Assembly: GCF_036321535.1 (NCBI RefSeq)
Contig: NC_087437.1
Span: forward strand, 57,042,001-57,106,000
Length of the DNA: 64,000 nucleotides
From: Camelus dromedarius
Lineage: Eukaryota
Reading direction: 5' to 3'
The notes beneath the pieces are model-generated. The model was not told where the DNA came from and did no database searches. It saw only the letters and a program-made list of their open reading frames with translations. Shown here one piece after another: positions 12,610 to 25,232 of this stretch (the stretch's first letter is position 1; the number at the start of each line of letters is the position of its first letter). A program made the position numbers and the translations under genes.

Positions 12610-12905
12610 CCTCTTATCAAAACTTCAAGACTTTTCTCAATTGTCATCTCCTTTTAAAGTCTTTTCTGATTGGGATCCAATCCACTTTCATTTGAACCTC
12701 TAAAGCACTTGGTGCTTTCTGTACCCTTAATCTTTCTGACATGTATTGAAGTCATTTATGTTCAGCTTTAGCCATTCTTCTTGACCTTGAACTTTATACG
12801 CAGAAACTGTCTTCTACTTTTCTCTATACTTTCCTAATTGTCTAGCAGAGTTCCTGGCTCCTGGAAGATGCTCAAAATATTTTTTCCATTACATTGAATG
12901 CAATT
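12610..12905 (+). mobile_element. L2 3' end fragment
   Basis: 'cttcaagacttttctcaattgtcatctcc...gtctagcagagttcctggc...atgctcaaaatatt...ttgaatg'. Confidence 0.55.
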
Positions 12906-12994
12906 CTAATTAAACCTATCCCCATTTTCAGCTTAATGATGGTCATTTAACAGGTTAAGAAGTATAAATAGATATATGCTAGTGACCATTAAAG

Positions 12995-13250
12995 ACAGTG
13001 CTATATGGTTACTAAGTGCTCGGGCTTTGGAGTCAAGCAAAATAAAAGAAGAACCTTGCCTCTGCCACCTAAATTGCTTGAATAAATGATCCAGTCTCTC
13101 TTTTTTAGAATATTCTCATCTGTCAAATTGGGATAGCATTTGTCCCTCTCTCAAAAGGTGATTATCAGATAATCCTGGTAATATTGAAGATCACACCTAA
13201 AAAATATAATTCATCTAAGCAGATCAGCATCATGCCGCATAGCTATTATT
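12995..13250 (+). mobile_element. MIR SINE
   Basis: 'ggttactaagtgctcgggctttggagtcaagc...cttgcctctgccac...tctcatctgtcaaattgggatag'. Confidence 0.75.
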
Positions 13251-14388
13251 TTTATTCTATCAAGCACTAAGGATTTATTGGTGTGTAAATAACAACTGTC
13301 CTCAAGCATCTTGCAGTTTAGGTGAGAGGATGGAGAAGAAAACAGATCACTAGAATTCACTGTGATAAGGGGTGTGCTTTAGTGGTTTGCTGATAACAGC
13401 ATCCTCCTTTAAGCTACCAGCTTATATGCTTGCCAATCTAAGCTGATCATTAGGATCAGGGAAGTGTCTGCTTTTCTGCCCAACAGTTTAATGGCAGTCT
13501 AAACTTTCAAACTGAGGAGCTATGTGGAGTTTCTGAATTTATATTAGCACTAAATGAGTGTCACATATAATCCTATGGTCAGAGAAAGCCATTTCTCCCA
13601 GCATTTTAATGTACTTTATGGGCGTGAAGAGTCATAAAAGTGTTTCAGTCAGCAGTTTGAGTCAAACTTCTGTCAAAAATTTTCCTTACGTAAAGCAATC
13701 TGAAGGCAAGTGATAGTCATAGGATCATGGGAATTTCAAAGCTTACAGATCATTTTATCCATATCTTATTTTACAGATGATGAAACTATGACTCTTAGAA
13801 GGAAACTGACTTGTCCAACGTCATTAAGATTTTATGTGGGAGAGCTGAGGCTCTGAGGACACCTGCTATAGCTTTTTAAAATGTCTTAATGGAACATCTA
13901 TACTTCTAGATCATTAGACTTAAGAATTCAAGTAACCTCGCCTGAGTTCTCACAGAAAAATTGATTAAGGCATGTTCGGTAGATAGCCGTCTCTCCTATG
14001 ATTTATCACATACAGTATAGTGGAACTCACCACTTTTCTAGAGCTGTTTCACTATTAGACAACTTTAAATGGTACTATTAGGTTATCTTTTCCTTATTCA
14101 CCTCTTTCCCATCTCCATATACTTAGAAGCAATAAAAAAGAAAATACTGTGCTTCTGTTCAAAATGACATTGTGAGCCAAGCAAGAAAGGGGAATTTTCA
14201 AGTGTCAAAATGAAGATTGTATACATAGCTCTAAAGTGAATGGGAGTAGTAACCTCATTTTACATAGCAGATAAGATCACAGCTGTCAGGGCTTTGAGCA
14301 TTTTAAAGTCCACACAAGCCAGAATCATGCTGACTAGGGAGTCTCAAACTGGGCTCCCTTCGTAAATGAGGAATCTATAAAATATGCC

Positions 14389-14457
14389 TATTATTATTTT
14401 TTAATTATTTTATTATTATTATTATTTTATTTTATTTTATTTTATTATTTTTTTTTT
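14389..14457. repeat. (TTA)/(TTTTA)n T-rich low-complexity tract
   Basis: Seen directly. Confidence 0.85.
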
Positions 14458-14719
14458 ACCAGTACTAGTAAAACTTAGCCAAACAGGCTAAGGATACAAA
14501 TACCTGCCCTGTCTTTGCATACACGAATGATTATTTTGAGGGGTATTAATTAAATGAAGGACATTTGGAACCTCAAGCTTGTACTGAATGAAAATATAGG
14601 ACAGGGATTCCACTAGCCTTTCAATGCTAAGAACAGCAGAGAAGAGCAAAAACTGAAAACTTAAAAAATGGAACCAGTGAACCCAGTGAGGATAGGTGAA
14701 CACAACTGTAAAACCACCC

Positions 14720-15040
14720 CACAGGCAGAAGAGAATGACCACTAAAAATAATATTACAGGCAGGCATTTCAGCACACAGGAGACCACACACAGCCGTGAG
14801 AAACAGCCAGTGAATATAACAGGTAAACTGATACCAAATGGATCAGAGAATATGGACTGATCGGACAGGAACTTTAATTAAGTATGTTTAAATGTTGAAA
14901 TATTAAAAAAGAAGGAAGATAATCCATTAATCAAGAACAAAATTTCGAAGAGAGAATAGGCTTAAATAAATTTGTGAACAAACCCAGTAGAAATTCTAGG
15001 AGTGACAAATGTAATTGTCAAAATAAAAACTAAATGGAGT
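14720..15040 (+). mobile_element. Ancient L1 (L1M/HAL1-type) ORF1-region fragment
   Basis: 'gaactttaattaagtatgtttaaatg...aacccagtagaaattctaggagtgacaaatgtaattg..aaaataaaaact' is typical of old L1 ORF1 coiled-coil DNA. Confidence 0.55.
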
Positions 15041-15227
15041 AAAACAAAGAAAATCTTTATCAATAACTTTGGTAACAAAGTAACCAAAACTTAATAAAGA
15101 AAATCATAAAAATATCTTTGAAATAATTTCTGGATTGTAAGAAATTGAGTCTTTGGATCAAAGAGTATAGTAATTTATAATTAAAACCTCCTTAGTTCCA
15201 AACTTTAGCAATAACATTGTTTATACC

Positions 15228-15290
15228 AGATAGATAGATAGATACATAGACGGACAGATAGATGGAAAGATAGATAGATAGATACAGATG
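15228..15290. repeat. Imperfect (GATA)n/(GACA)n tetranucleotide repeat
   Basis: agatagatagatagatacatagacggacagatagatggaaagatagatagatagatacag seen directly. Confidence 0.85.
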
Positions 15291-15471
15291 AGAAAATATA
15301 ATAAAGACAGAGAGAAGAAAGCAAATAAAACATAGCCAGAGTAATAAAAACTACATAACTATCTCAGTGCATCAGAGACAGGTATGCAAAGTGGTTAGCA
15401 GTAGATGAGCTATGATGAAGGTTGCGTTCTGGATTTAAAAGCAAGTAATAACCAAACGCTTGACTCCTGCA

Positions 15472-15836
15472 CGTGGTAGTCTGGATTGTAAGAGGTCCCC
15501 CAGAATTCTCCTACTCCAGTATACATGCCCAGAACATGAAAATCATGAATTTACTCCCGTGATTAGATTAGATTAGATTAGAGGGCACAGTGGATCTTAT
15601 CTCAGTGGGCCTGACCTAATCACATGAGCCCCGCAAAGTTTTCTCTAGCCTGTAGTAGAGAAGAAGTTGAAGGATCTCAATCTGGCTGGCCTGAAAGGAT
15701 GCAAATACACATGTTGTGAACTGTCGACAGAGAGGGGCAGCCTATAGGAGCTGCAGGCTGTCCCTAGCCAGCAGCTAGCAACTAGCTCTGAAATCTCAAG
15801 GAAATGAATTCTGCCAATAACTTGTATAATCTTGAA
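15472..15836 (+). mobile_element. MaLR LTR (MLT1 family), partial
   Basis: 'gtggtag...cccgtgattag...gtgggcctgacctaatcacatgagccc...catgttgtgaactg...caaggaaatgaattctgccaataac' are MLT1 signature blocks. Confidence 0.8.
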
Positions 15837-17424
15837 ACCATCATAGATGATTCCACTTATGGAATTAGAGCTAGAAGGGGCTTTGAATCTTACAACAATC
15901 TGCTTGTTTAACAGTTAGCAAAACCGGGATCTGTAGACGTAAAGCCACCAATCACCAGCTGGTGAATGGGAGAGCCAGACTACGCATTCCACATTGTTTT
16001 GAACTTTTGCCATTATTGTAGCACAGAAGCTTTATTTCTACAATTGCAAAGCAAGGAGATAGAGATATGCAGTCCCTCAGAGCATCTCTAATTTAACATT
16101 TGAGGAGTTTGAAAGGATACAAACTGTATTTGACTTTCCTCTAACCCACTGAAGCAATCTCCTTTTACTATTTAGATCTACAAAGCAGCATTTAGACTAG
16201 GTAGAGGACAAGAAATGATTCCCAGAAGTAAACAAATAAGATTTGTGCTGTGTAAACAATCCCAGATGGATCTCCGGGTAACAGCTTAAAAGGGCAGCCT
16301 TAAGGAATCACACCGCTGCAGCGGCAACAAGCACTTGATAATGGGACAGGCTTTATTTGCCCGCATTTGCTTTCAGTCAGATGGGAAGGCAAAGCTTCTG
16401 CCAGCCCAGCAGAACAAAACTGCCTCTGTTTTGTCTTTGTCCCCTAGGTAGGAGGTTAACTCTGGGGATGACAGATGAAATGCTTTAGTGTGTCATTTAC
16501 ACCACTGTGCACAGATGGTTCTCAGGCATCTATATGATTTGTCTCAGAACTATTTACCGCCCCTCTATCCAGTCCCAGGAGACCAGGTGTGAAATCCAGA
16601 ACTAAGCAGTTTTTGCTAGCTGTGAATTGTGTTGAGCCAAAGGGGCCATGTGTCTGGACTTTGGAATGGGAAATAACGTCATTACTTATACCATGAAATT
16701 CAATTGCATGTTAACCAAAGTCCTAAAATATGCTCCAGGGAGAGATTTTTCTCTTTTTAATGATGGTAGCACCAATTTGGGTTATCACTTAAGAAAAAAT
16801 CACAATTTACATAACATTTTAATTTTCCTGGTATAAATATGGACATTTGTAAAGGTTTTCTTACTTGCTAATGTAATTATTGAGTACTATATTTTAATTC
16901 AGCTTGCTAGATGTTTATAGACATCCTACTATGTATAGGTATTGCTTGAAGTACTGCTAAGGATAAAATGATAAATAAATTGCAGTTACCATTGTTAGGC
17001 AGCCCACAGTCTATGGGAGAAATAATGACGTGAATGGAAAAACTGCATAAGAAATACAAGAAGTGCTTTGTTGGAAGGTTAGAGGAAGGAGACATGATTA
17101 ATTGGGTGAGATCAGGCATGGTTTTAGGGTGGGTTGGTATTTTGTTTGCTGATCCTTACGGGATGGGAAGAATTTTAACACATGAAATGGAAGAGAGGAT
17201 CATTTCACCCATATAAGTCATTTGGACATGAGAAGTTACAAATTACATAACATACAGAGCAAGAAAAGGCAAATAGTTCTATCTAGCTTAAGCCGAGTTC
17301 TTTTGCCTTCAAATTTGAACAGAAATTTATGTTTTTTGAAAAATATTTGTTGCATGTGAACCATTCATCTTTCAAATAGAACTATATACCCCATTTCACA
17401 GAGAATGGAACCAAAATGCAATTA

Positions 17425-17655
17425 ATGATAATAGTAGCTAACACTCACTGGGCCATGATGTGCCCCACAGTTCTAAGATGCCTTTGTGTTCCCTCATTTA
17501 ATCTGTAAAACAATGCTATGAAGAAGTACTGTAATAACCCCATTTTACTACTTGGGAACTGAGATACAAAGAGGTTAAGAAACTTGTCCAAAGTTACACA
17601 ACTACTAAGCATAAAGTGATTTTCACAGTCTATATTCAGTGCTTTCTATTTACCG
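17425..17655 (-). mobile_element. MIR SINE
   Basis: 'aatagtagctaacactcactg...cattttac...gaactgagatacaaagaggttaagaaacttgtccaaagttacaca'. Confidence 0.8.
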
Positions 17656-18067
17656 CTTATAAAGGGAAAGTTGCGGAAAAAGTTAGAAATTTGGAATTAA
17701 TTAGACAATGGGCTGTTAAAATTTTTGAGGAGCAAGATGCTCAAAACTAATATTCAGACAAAATTAGAAGAAGAGAGAAGCTGTAAGAGAAGAAGTGATC
17801 TAGAAAGCCATTGCCGAAGTCCAGATTTATGTGAGTAAATAGCCTTGTTCTGGAAGAACCATTGGCATGATCAGGCTGTGGGTGGCTGACTCCTGAAAGA
17901 TCCTAAAGCTGCTCTTCAGGAATTTGCTCTTTGTTTATAATGAGCCTCTACAAGCCCAAGTTGGGCATAAGTTCAGGAATCTTCATTTGATTGGTTTAGT
18001 TATGACACTTTCTGGGTATTCTAATTTGCTCCTGCTGTTGGTTTTAAAGATTTATTAGTCAAGACTG

Positions 18068-18872
18068 TGCTTCTGTGATGGTCGAGTAAGCTCATAACAG
18101 ACTTACTTTCCCATAGATAACAATTATAAACTGGAAAAAATACAAAAAAGTAACTACCTAAAGGATCTGGAGAAGACATGATGAGAATCCAAACTTGGAA
18201 GAAGAGGTGTGTACATAGTTTGTTTCCTGCTATTTCAGTCAGAGGGCAGGGAACACTTAGTATCATGCATAGGGAATAAAAGACCAATAATCTGCAGACT
18301 TTCTGATGTGCAGAATCAGAGGACAGAGTTCAGAGTAATTACTGCTTCTGAATAGTAAGTGTATAGAACCCTAGAACACAGAGAACCAGAGAGGAGGACC
18401 CCAAATCTGTATATAAACTTTGCTCAAATCTCTGGCTGACCCCTGAACCAGGCATGTGTGGGCAGACTCTAAGTAACCCTTTAAAAGGCAGGATATAACA
18501 AAGCAAAAACAACAACCAAAAAAATTGGGCTGAGATTTGACCTATTGCCTAGGAGACAAAGGTTACAGTTTATGTACAACCAAATAATTGCCTATTCAAC
18601 AAAATATCATCGTTCTTGGGAGGAATAAATGTGGCCTATTCTGAAAAACAGCAACAGAAAAAAAAAACACACACCAAAAAAAGCAGTCAATGGAGGCCAA
18701 ATCTGAGATGGCCCAAATGTTAGAACAAGTGGATAATCACTTCAGGTGATTAATAAACTATTCTTAATGAGATATGGGAAATATACTTATAATGAGTGAA
18801 AAGATAGGATATCTCAGTGGAGTAATAAAAGCTATAAAAAAGAACTGGTGGAAATTCTAGAACTAAATAGAA
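18068..18872 (+). mobile_element. Ancient L1 5'UTR/ORF1 fragment (L1MD/L1ME-like)
   Basis: 'cagacttactttcccatagataacaattataaactggaaaaaatac...tctggctgacccctgaacca...gagatggcccaaatgttagaa...ggaaattctagaactaaa'. Confidence 0.65.
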
Positions 18873-20689
18873 TCAATATGCACTTCTTGTGGTGGAGGTA
18901 GACCCAAAATATGGTGGGACCGGAGCAGAGTAGACCTGAGAATTATGGCTTGAGAAATGCCCAGAAGACCTGCTGACTATAAAAACCTTTCTGATCCACT
19001 CCAGTTTGCCTGCCAGGTAATAAGGACAAAGTTTCAGCCAAATTTCAGTGGTTGAAGAGAGTCCTCTTAAAAGTGTTTCCCCACAAAATACGGTATTGGA
19101 AGTTAGAAAAGTAACTCTTTCAAAAGCTATTATCCTTTGTATTACATTTTGCCAGCAAAGCACACTCACCAGAATCAAATGAGAGTAAGGGAGAACGTGA
19201 GGTGCACCCCCAGTGAGATAAAGGCCACAGAATGAAAAAAACAAGAGATCCGTTCTCCATCTCTCTCCATCTCTGCCTGTGCCCTTCCTGGTCCTTCATC
19301 TAGAACAATATCCAAGCATGTGATCTTTAGGATATGTTCATTTGCTTGTTTATCTCATTTAATTATCTACATCTCTACTACTTTATGGAATAATTTGAGA
19401 ATACTTAAAATAACACATACTACTAGGAAGTAGGTGTAGATATCAGTATAAGTTTTAGAAGTCATGCAGGGAAATAAAGTGAATAATAAATACACCCCAA
19501 ACCTAGGATATGATGGTTTTAAAATTAAATATTATATTTTACTTTGACTAAGATTTTAAAATGATCTTTGCATGTAATAATAAATAATATTAATAAATAA
19601 TGATTTCTTAGTCATTAATTTGCTAATTATGAAGACTGGAGCAACATGGAAAATGCTTCTGCTATGATTGACAAAGAACATTATAAAATAGTATTTCTAT
19701 TCTAAAGATAGCTAAGTTAAAATTGTCTTTGTTAGGATAAGATATAGAACACCAAGGAAAAAGGAAATGAGGAATTTTTTAATTGAGGGAATAAAATTGT
19801 GATTGTTTTTTCTTTATTTATATAACTATTAGTTTATGTGATACATATATTTAGATTTGCCCTTCTGGCAACTGAGAATATAAGGAAAACAGGATTAGAT
19901 TTTACTTTGATTAATAAATAGGTGGTAATCTCTGTGTAAAAGAAAGCTATTAAAAACATACGAGTTTTAGAATTGCCCCAGACTCAAGAATCTCTGAGAT
20001 TCATGGGGTGGGTCTGAAGCTAGCCTGATGTGCTTCAATGAAGCATATGGATTTGGGAGCTCTATCTGCCCCATCCCACAGAAAACCCACAGAAAACTAG
20101 AGCATGGCCTGAGGATGGGCAGAGAACACATGAACTGTCTTGTTATTTGGTGATGCTAATGAGACTTGGAAGTTATGTTTTTTCAAGACAGTCTTAAAAA
20201 ATGATTCTCACCTCACAAGCCACTTTAGCACAAAGGCAGTTTAAATTACATTTCAATCAATAATGCAAATACAGTGTTCCCTCAAGCCCAAGAGTAGGAA
20301 AATAATGCATTATAAATTATTTCCCAAGTTTTAGATAGAATCTGCAGATTTTTGCAGTTCTTGGAGAAAATGAGAGAATGGTAATTCCCACATTAAATTC
20401 TTATCTTCTCAATAAATGTGTGTAAGTCTGGAAGACAGTGCCAAACTCATAATTCATTTGGTAATTTGGCTGGGATGAGAGAGGCTGAGGGGATTGAACA
20501 AAACCCTCTAAGACACAGGGACTCTATGATGCTGTTATGCTAGTTTGGTTCATATCCTTATATACTAACTTTTTTAAAAAGACTTCTATAACTCCATTTC
20601 AGAGAGGTGTCTCTTCTCTCAATCCAACAGTTCTTAATTTACCATTTCCTTATGGCACCTACTATGTTCTAGCTTCCATTATTGTTGTA

Positions 20690-20925
20690 TGAGGTGATAT
20701 GGAAAGCATCAATTTTGGTTATAGATTATAGATTTCCAATTCTCTGATCCGTATTTGTGTGAAATCAAGTAAGCTTTCTTAAATTCTCAAATCTGAATAT
20801 TTCTCATGAATAAAATAAAGATATCATATTCAACTCATATGTTTTCATGAAGATTACATGAGACAGTATACATATTATGCTTAGCATAGTCCTGAAAAAG
20901 AGTAAATGCTCAATAAACTGTAGCT
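20690..20925 (+). mobile_element. MIR SINE
   Basis: 'tctcatgaataaaataaagata...gaagattacatgagac...gcttagcatagtcctg...gtaaatgctcaataaactgtagct'. Confidence 0.7.
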
Positions 20926-23289
20926 AAAAATACTTTCCTCATCTCTTTAAATTTCAGCTTCTTGGGAGTAACTCTATTTTTTTTCTGCACCATACTGTCA
21001 GAGAAGTAAAGAGACAACACTAATATGGTTTCTGTAGGAGAACATTCCTGAACTGTGAGAACTATAAGCACATGTTATATAGAGTCCTTGTTAATTACCG
21101 TCTACTCCTATGCCTAATCTCTCTGTCTCAGTGAGTACTGATCATGGAGGAGTTCTTGATCTTTGCTGTTGGTTCATTGGCTTGGTTGCTTCCTGGGTTT
21201 TCTCTGGTACATCTGATAGATGAGGCTGTAGAACTCCGAGGAAGTAACTCTAACTTTGTCTCCTACACTGGATAGCAAACAGAAAAGCAAGATAGTATTA
21301 CTGTAGTTATTAAAAGGAAAGCTTTATTTCTGTTCCAATTTATATAAAAATAGGCACACCATTAAACAAGACTCATTCTTTAACTGTTATTGCGCTAGTA
21401 AATTATCTATAATATACTTCACAACTGATCAAAAATCAAGAACATGTGCCATGACTCACTAGTTGAAAGCAGCTTTAATGGTTGGTTTTTCAGAGGTCAG
21501 CTTTTTGTTTATTTAACTCAAGTGATGATTCTCAGTTCCTCACTTCTATTATTCTTTTAGAGCTTTCTAATAATTACTTTGATTATCCAATGACATCTCT
21601 TTCCTTCCAATTCTTATAATCATAGTTGAGAATGTCTTCTATATAGTTAACACACTTGGGTTAATTCTGAACTTTAAAAAAATACATATTTAAAATCTTG
21701 TGTTTTCCATATGTCATTACAATTTGCTTAAATCAGTCCATTCTTCTTTATGTTCATTCTCCCTATCAGAAGGACCTATTTTATCAATTTTTCTCATATA
21801 GTCTCTTACACAATACTCTTTATTTTATAGTACTCAAAAGTCAATATATGGAAGATTGTCCAGGAAGGTAATTCAGACAGTGAGATAATTCACCAGAGAC
21901 TCATATCCAGTCATATGTTGTTTTCCTTATACATAACTGAGGTGAAGTCTTTCTATCTAGTTCAGAGGAATGTTTCAAAACTCCAGAAAAATTGAGAAGT
22001 TCACAAATTGGACAGGTTTCATCATTTTTTTGACTTCTCTAGCCCTTAAGTTTACTCAATCACAATGGAGACTCTTGCTCTTTCTTCTTTCAAGCACAGA
22101 TCTGGTAACCTTAATCCCCAGGGGTTGGAGACATAGACCAATAGAAGAACTGAACCAGAAAATGATGTCTTTTACTGTTTTGGGTGCACTCCTCTTCAGG
22201 TACGACTGAACATTGTACATCCCCTGAGAAGGTGACTTTGAAATTCGACTCTGAAAAAATTGCTCTAATAGTCAGTGTATCGATACTGCAGAAGCTGCGA
22301 CATCAGAAAACCAGTCCTTTCTGTTGCCTAACAACCCCGCCCAGGGAGAAACTCTGATAATCATGCAGAGGAATTAGATGATCTGCACTCTGTGTCCATC
22401 TATATTGTTTCTGAGGAACAGGCTATCTACTGAGAGACAAATCTACCCAGTTCAGATTATGAGTAAAACTGTAGGGAATATAATTAGCTTCACAAATTTT
22501 CAAGGACTTTTAAGTGTTATTTGCTTTTAAAATTAGGTATCTCAGGATTCCCCCTTTATAGAAGAAAAAAATTAATGTCAGTTTTAATCTCCCAATCAGT
22601 GATTTCTCAAAATGAATCTAGCAAACCATCTCACATCTATCTTCCAAGATGCCCATGAGGAAGAAATGGGAGCAAATAAGATGGAAACCCCGGCAAGGTA
22701 GATGAGTAATGAAGATTGCATCTTTCCAATTTATCTTCTCTCTCACAAAATAAGTGTCTGGAATGTGAGATTACCATGGGGCTGTTTCTTAGTGATGGCA
22801 AGTGGATGGTTTTGGTTTGGAAAGTGTGTTCTGTACCGGGTTGTTGAGCCATGCAAGGTCACTTGCAGTCTTTTTTCTTAAAAAGATGACAGAAAGTGAT
22901 CATTTAATTTCAGAAGTATAATGACCACTAAGCACTTAATGACCAATTCTGCCTAGATTCTCCCTTTTTTTTAAGATAAAAGTATTGAGACAGTTTCAAA
23001 GATGAATTTCAAAGAAGTTGAAAGCCAAAATGTTAAACATAGATAGAATAAGAATTTCTAGAAAATAGTTTATTGTTCAAAATAAGTATTAGGTATATTA
23101 GTGAAGTATCATGCTAAATGTTGAGAGGTCAAAAATAATGTATTTCTGTCCTCAAGAAGCTTTTAATTCAGTCAGGGAGGCAGAGTAGGTAAAAAAATTC
23201 TGATAAAGCAAGAAGGAAACAACTTGCAGAACAGAAATAGCATTGATATAATGACTAAGTTATTTTTATCTTCAGTGTAGACAATATGA

Positions 23290-23408
23290 TTTTATATATA
23301 TATATATGAACAGCATATATATAATGTATCTATACATATATAAGCAACATATATTATGTATATATGTACGTATATACATATGAATTATATATATAAACAA
23401 ATATAATT
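23290..23408. repeat. (TA)-rich low-complexity tract
   Basis: Seen directly. Confidence 0.85.
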
Positions 23409-25050
23409 GTTGTTAAGCAAATCCCAGGTGCATGTGCAATTCTACTTGGGGACACACACATTCTGGACCTCAGTAAACTTCTACTCAGTAAGCCTACAGA
23501 GACAGCTGTGACATCTGTGTTTCTGCAGCTATAATCAAAGCTTTGCTAGTTTTCATCCTGAGTGCCAGAAATGGCTATTTAGTGGTGAACTTGGTATCCT
23601 GTTAGTACAATGAATAGATGAATCCTAGAAATGGTACTTTACTGGTAAAATTAAAGCTTTCTAAAAGAGGTAGATTGTCAAAAATATTTGAGATGCTTCA
23701 TATACTTGCGTGAACAGCATCGAAGTATCCACAAGGCCTCTGCCCATCAGCGAAATCCTCAAAGACCTATATTTAGCTGTAAACTTGACTTCTGTTTGCT
23801 CAGCAAAATTTATAAAGGTAACAACTATAAGGAAGACAGAATTCTGCATCTGGAATGCTGACTATCTCCAGTGAATTTTTCTTGCAAGGTGGTACTGTGA
23901 TCTCTGAAAGAACAAGAAGACTGGCCTTTCTTAAGGTCCAGAACATATTGCACAATTTATCTTGCACTAAGATGATAACAGATGTTTAGTTAATAAATGT
24001 TTCTATTTATGCAATTTTTTTCCTGAGACATGCTATCTTGATAACTTAGTAGCAAGCCTCTGGGGGAGAGTTTACCAAACTCAAAATTCTTCTGTAACTG
24101 CTGTTACCTGTAAAAGGACCCTGGACTTGGGCATGACAGATAGGATTAGGGCAGTTCACAAAAATCATTTTCTGCAGTTTAATAGCAAGGATAAGTAAGC
24201 ATGGGAGTGGAGAGTATAAACTGGTACCTGTGAATACTATAGTTCATAATTATGTTTCCATTTTGGTATTGAGCCTATATATGATTAATGGATTTTCTCA
24301 CTTTTGGGGCTGTTTTTCAACAATTGAGAGTTATTTCCTGGCAGATATAACTATTTCTTATAAGGCCATCCACCTTGGATATTTTCCATTTGGCATATAA
24401 TATGGTTTCACAGTGTTTCACTGGAGAGAACATGGAGTCCAGAGGGAGAGGCTACATGAATGTCATAGTGAACAAATCAATTTTGGCATTAATTTACATT
24501 TCTATATATTAGTTGTTATTTATAAGACTTCTAAACAGGTTTTACAGTTTGATTCACAAGTTCATACCAATATTGGTCTTAAGTTAGTTATTTAAAGTCA
24601 TTTATTATTATGACCTCCATGGAAATGCAAAAAGGCAAAGAAAGAAGGAAATGTGAATTCAGTCTTCAGATGCTGTAGGACAAGTAGTAGGTCTGAAATT
24701 AATAGAGGGGGAAAATGACTCTTGGGATTATAGTCACAGTGACTGGTAACAAATGGCTAAAGAGGCAGTGGAAGTAGCACCTCTAAATGTTGGTAACTGT
24801 TTATTTCTATTTCCTTCTCTTCCTGGAGAGAGTTTTTACAGGACATTTACTATTATTTATCAGTGCCCTGTTAAGTAGGTCATCTGTGTGCAGATTTGGA
24901 GTCAGATGTTCAGAAGGATTTCCTCAACTTTGAGAGTATTCTATAAAAAATCTGAAATAAAATGGTGAAGTAGAGATTAGGATTCATGCCATCAGTACAC
25001 CAAAGGTTAAAAGGGATATTGAAATCCATGGTTGAAAAGTTTGGTCTAAA

Positions 25051-25232
25051 CTGTTATTTTTCAACCTCATCTGCATCTTAGAATGACATGGGAAGATTTA
25101 AAAAAAAATACTGATTTCCCAGGCTACATACAAGACTAATTATATATGCGTCTCTGACGATGGGAGCCAGGCATCAATATTTTTATAAGCATCCAGGTAA
25201 CTTCAGTGCGTATCTAAGTTTAGGAGCCACTG
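25051..25232. mobile_element. MER5B-like hAT-Charlie MITE
   Basis: 'ttttcaacc...catcttagaatgacatgggaag...ccaggcatcaatattttt..aagcatccaggt...gagccactg', with flanks gtctaaac (25044-25051) and gcctaaac (25233-25240) resembling an 8-bp hAT TSD. Confidence 0.75.

Noticed and set aside
14389..14475. Orphan polyA-like tail (minus strand) next to the near-palindrome TTTTACCAGTACTAGTAAAA
   Set aside because: No retroposon body or TSD is identifiable, so I treated it as simple low-complexity sequence.
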